Source: a virus
Taxonomy: Duplodnaviria; Caudoviricetes
DNA: 60,895 nt
IMG/VR virus record: IMGVR_UViG_3300049432_000039
Coordinates: 1-60,895 of that record
Reading direction: 5' to 3' (one strand)
The number at the start of each line of letters is the position of its first letter. Position 1 is the stretch's first letter. Below are positions 57,909-60,895 of the stretch, piece after piece. Made by a program: the position numbers and the translations under genes. The notes below the pieces were generated by a model. That model did no database searches and was not told the DNA's origin. It worked only from the letters and a program-made list of their open reading frames with translations.

Positions 57909-59950
57909 GCCCGCGAGTACAGCGTGGGCGGTACACCATCGACCTCGACTGGACGCGGGAGGTCGATGGTGTCTGGTCGACGGCGGTGATCCGGATCGAG
58001 AACGCCCTGTCGATATCCGTGTCGCACGGATTCGACCAGGATATCTCGCAGGCCACCATCGTCGTGCCGTACCCGATTGACGAGCGCATCACGCTCCGGA
58101 TGAGCGGCCGTATCTACATGGGCACGTCCGATGTCGGAGGGGTCGCATACGACGGCCACTGGTATCAGCTCTCGCGATTCTCGGGCTACATCACCGAGAT
58201 CGACTACGCATTCGCCCCGGGGACGGCGGCGATCACGTTCTCGGACACCCTGGTGGTCGCCCAGTATGTCTATCCCCGCAATGTGCTGAGCCGGCAGATC
58301 GACCCGAGTTGGCCGAGCGAGGACTTCGCCGGCCTGACGGATCAGGAGGTCGTCGTCGCCGTCCTGCAAGACTGTAGCTTCTTCTTCGACCCCGCCTTGA
58401 TCCAGGGCACCGGCGCGGTGATGTCGCCGGACCCGCTGATCTGGCCGGAAGTGGAGTCGGCGTTCGACGTGATCCAGGAGACCGACGCCTGGGCGTTCCT
58501 GGAGGACGGATCGGGCTATCGGACGTTCGTGACCGCCAACGGCGACATCGTGCGCCGGCTCCTGACGCCGCTCCCGCCGGCCGACGCAGTGCCCGACTTC
58601 GTCTTCACCGAGGGCGTGGACATCTTCGACGCCGCCCGCCAGCACGCGGTCCCGCCGCCGACCGACACGGGAGCGCTGACGGCATCCTCCGAGGAGCTCG
58701 ATCCGGAGTCGCCGCCGGCCTTCGTCTCGAATCCGTTCTACGACCCCGAGACCGACCACCCCAGCATCCAGCAGGCGACGCTCACGACCTACCGCGAGGA
58801 GCTGTTCCCGCCGAACAGCGTCGTTGCGATCACCAGCACCCGCCTCGACGTCACCACCACGACCCTGTTCTGGCTCCAGGCCGTGACGACCGCGATCGAC
58901 GAGCAGGGGGCATTCACCCAGCAACTCCAGTTGATTATCGGTGAGGAGATCTCCGGCACGGGCGACACGGGCACGACCGCCGACGTCTTCTACATCGACA
59001 ACTTCGGCCAGTGGTGGGGCATCACCGCCACCACGCTCGGCAAGCTCGGCACGAGCCCCTACTTCACCGGTATCCACTCGTTCGACGTGCCGTGGGCGAC
59101 GTCCGAGACGGCCTGGCACGTCCTGCCGTTCGACGTCACGCTCGGGCAGGATATCCACGCGAGCGCGGATGCCGGCGCCGCCTGGACGGTGCCCGGTGTC
59201 ACCGGCGGTACCGTCGCGGTCCAGACCAACAGCGAGATCATCCGGCGCTCGGGGGGGCTGTACTACCAGGCCGAGGGCGGCATCTACACCTCGGACGACG
59301 GCGGGCTGTCGTTCTCGCTGTTGACGGCGACGGACGCCGGGGCCAACCACGCCCAGTCCGGCACCATGTCCGGCACGACGCCTGTCTGGCTGGTGGTAGC
59401 AAGCGGCGGGCGACTCGAGGCGCACTGGAACAGCGGCACCGGGATGGCCCTGCCGTGGAGCGATCCGCTGCCGCCGACCGGGGCCATCACGACCGAGCAC
59501 CTGGCCGGTGCCGTCGTCGGGGCCGTCGCCATCGCCGTGGTGAATCGCAACTGGACCGGTGGCCGGCACCTCCTGCGGATCACGGCGTCGGGGGTGACCG
59601 ACCTCGCGATCAGCGGCGTTTCGCCGACCGACGATTCGGATTGGAGTCTCGCCTACAGCGCCGACGGGACCACCTGGCTGCTCGGCTGGACCGACGGCGA
59701 CTTCACGACCTCGCGGATCTACCGATCGACGGACGGCGGCCTTTCCTGGTCGGTCGTCCGCGAGTGGAGCGGCAGCGGCGGTCGGACGGCGGAGTTCGTG
59801 CGCTCGTTCACCGATGCGACCGCGTTCTATGGCATCGCCGGCGACCCGATCATCTCCGTCGACGGCGGCGACACCTGGACGGTGCTCACGCTCGACGACG
59901 ACCTGTCGCCGGCGTCGGCGTTCGCCAGCATGGCCGGGGCGGGCTGGTAG
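57905..59950 (+). CDS. Tail hub / tip protein with Asp-box repeats
   Basis: RFSGYI hub motif; S.DGG..W repeats. Confidence 0.65.
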   Translation: MSPRVQRGRYTIDLDWTREVDGVWSTAVIRIENALSISVSHGFDQDISQATIVVPYPIDERITLRMSGRIYMGTSDVGGVAYDGHWYQLSRFSGYITEIDYAFAPGTAAITFSDTLVVAQYVYPRNVLSRQIDPSWPSEDFAGLTDQEVVVAVLQDCSFFFDPALIQGTGAVMSPDPLIWPEVESAFDVIQETDAWAFLEDGSGYRTFVTANGDIVRRLLTPLPPADAVPDFVFTEGVDIFDAARQHAVPPPTDTGALTASSEELDPESPPAFVSNPFYDPETDHPSIQQATLTTYREELFPPNSVVAITSTRLDVTTTTLFWLQAVTTAIDEQGAFTQQLQLIIGEEISGTGDTGTTADVFYIDNFGQWWGITATTLGKLGTSPYFTGIHSFDVPWATSETAWHVLPFDVTLGQDIHASADAGAAWTVPGVTGGTVAVQTNSEIIRRSGGLYYQAEGGIYTSDDGGLSFSLLTATDAGANHAQSGTMSGTTPVWLVVASGGRLEAHWNSGTGMALPWSDPLPPTGAITTEHLAGAVVGAVAIAVVNRNWTGGRHLLRITASGVTDLAISGVSPTDDSDWSLAYSADGTTWLLGWTDGDFTTSRIYRSTDGGLSWSVVREWSGSGGRTAEFVRSFTDATAFYGIAGDPIISVDGGDTWTVLTLDDDLSPASAFASMAGAGW

Positions 59951-59952
59951 CC

Positions 59953-60864
59953 GTGCCGCCGACGCCGCCACCGGGCCGGGGCCTCGGGAAGAGGGGCGCA
60001 TCTCCCGAGGCCGAGCGGGTCTTAGAGCGAATGTTTATGCGCCTCCAGCGCCGCATCTTCGACGAGGTCGCCCGGATGATCGCGCGAGCGCTCGGACAGG
60101 TGACCTCGGTCCCGCAGCCGCCCCTCGGCGTGGCGGTCATCCCGCCGCTCGGTGGTGACGTCACTGGCAGCATCAGCGCCACCACGGTTGAGCATCTCCA
60201 GGGCATCCCGGTCAGCGCCACCGACCCGACCGAGGGCCAGGTGCTCAAGGCCGTCTCCGGGACGTGGATGCCGGCCGCCGATGTGGGATTCGCCAACCCG
60301 ATGACCACGGCCGAGGATCTCATCAAGGGCGGGGTGAGCGGAGCGCCCGCACGGCTCGCGGTGGGAACTACCGGCACCGTCCTGAAGGTGGTCGCCGGCG
60401 TCGTTGCCTGGGCGGCCGAGATCGTCTCGGCGCTCGCCTCGTCGGTCGTGACCGAAACCGCGTTCGGGCAGTCCTCGGCGGTCGGTGTCGCAACGACGGC
60501 AGCCCGAGGCGACCACACCCACGGCACGCCGACGAATCCGATCACGGCGCACGAGGCGGCGGCCAACCCACACCCAGATTACACGACGACGGCCGAGCTG
60601 GCGACGGCCGTGGCGCTGTTGCTCGCCAAGTCCCTGATCGACGCGAAGGGCGACCTGATCCTCGGTACGGCCAACGACGTACCGGCCCGCTTAGCTGTCG
60701 GCACGGACGGGCAGATCCTCTACGCTGACAGCACCCAGGCGGCCGGCGTCCGCTGGGACGACGCGCCGACCGGCGGGGGGTCGTCGCACTGGGAGGTCGT
60801 GCTGCTGGACGGTGAGCCCGTCACGCTCGATGGTTCATGGCTGTACATGGAAGTTTTGGACTGA
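59953..60864 (+). CDS. Tail fibre protein (start at 59953 or 60031)
   Basis: Shares DAKGDL..PARLAVG and AH.AA.NPHP.Y modules with 128-1741. Confidence 0.7.
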   Translation: MPPTPPPGRGLGKRGASPEAERVLERMFMRLQRRIFDEVARMIARALGQVTSVPQPPLGVAVIPPLGGDVTGSISATTVEHLQGIPVSATDPTEGQVLKAVSGTWMPAADVGFANPMTTAEDLIKGGVSGAPARLAVGTTGTVLKVVAGVVAWAAEIVSALASSVVTETAFGQSSAVGVATTAARGDHTHGTPTNPITAHEAAANPHPDYTTTAELATAVALLLAKSLIDAKGDLILGTANDVPARLAVGTDGQILYADSTQAAGVRWDDAPTGGGSSHWEVVLLDGEPVTLDGSWLYMEVLD

Positions 60865-60895
60865 TGAGGAGGCGTGCTCGTGGCAACCCTGGCTG
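60770..60895. repeat. Terminal direct repeat, right copy
   Basis: Identical to 18-143. Confidence 0.95.

Noticed and set aside
53562-60001. Long overlapping ORFs (53562-55646, 53942-56062, 57710-60001 and similar)
   Set aside because: These are Arg/Pro-rich alternative frames expected in GC-rich coding DNA.

Overview
This window is an apparently complete, GC-rich temperate siphophage genome. Bases 18-143 repeat exactly at 60770-60895, giving a circle of about 60,752 bp. In order it carries: tail fibre and lysis genes (0.1-4.8 kb); small early/accessory genes (5-12 kb); attP, integrase and repressor switch (11.6-15.8 kb); DNA metabolism and replication genes, including an Acb2/Tad1-like sponge, dCTP deaminase, ThyX, RepB-primase/helicase with an iteron origin and RusA (16-30 kb); an Arc-regulated ParB-like pair; packaging and head genes interleaved with three glycosyltransferases; and tail genes. 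The main unexpected signal is four endonuclease cassettes (three antisense HNH-type, one EndoVII-type). Each sits inside the end of a phage gene, supplies a diverged replacement N- or C-terminus, and leaves the old terminus stranded on its far side. The three HNH cassettes share a TATAAT promoter and a covarying bulged hairpin. Also notable are two protein-free IS200/IS605 (TnpB-type) elements at TCAC sites and a non-coding RNA cluster at 10.4-10.9 kb that includes a degenerate tRNA. All annotations come from reading motifs by eye; no database searches or folding programs were run.
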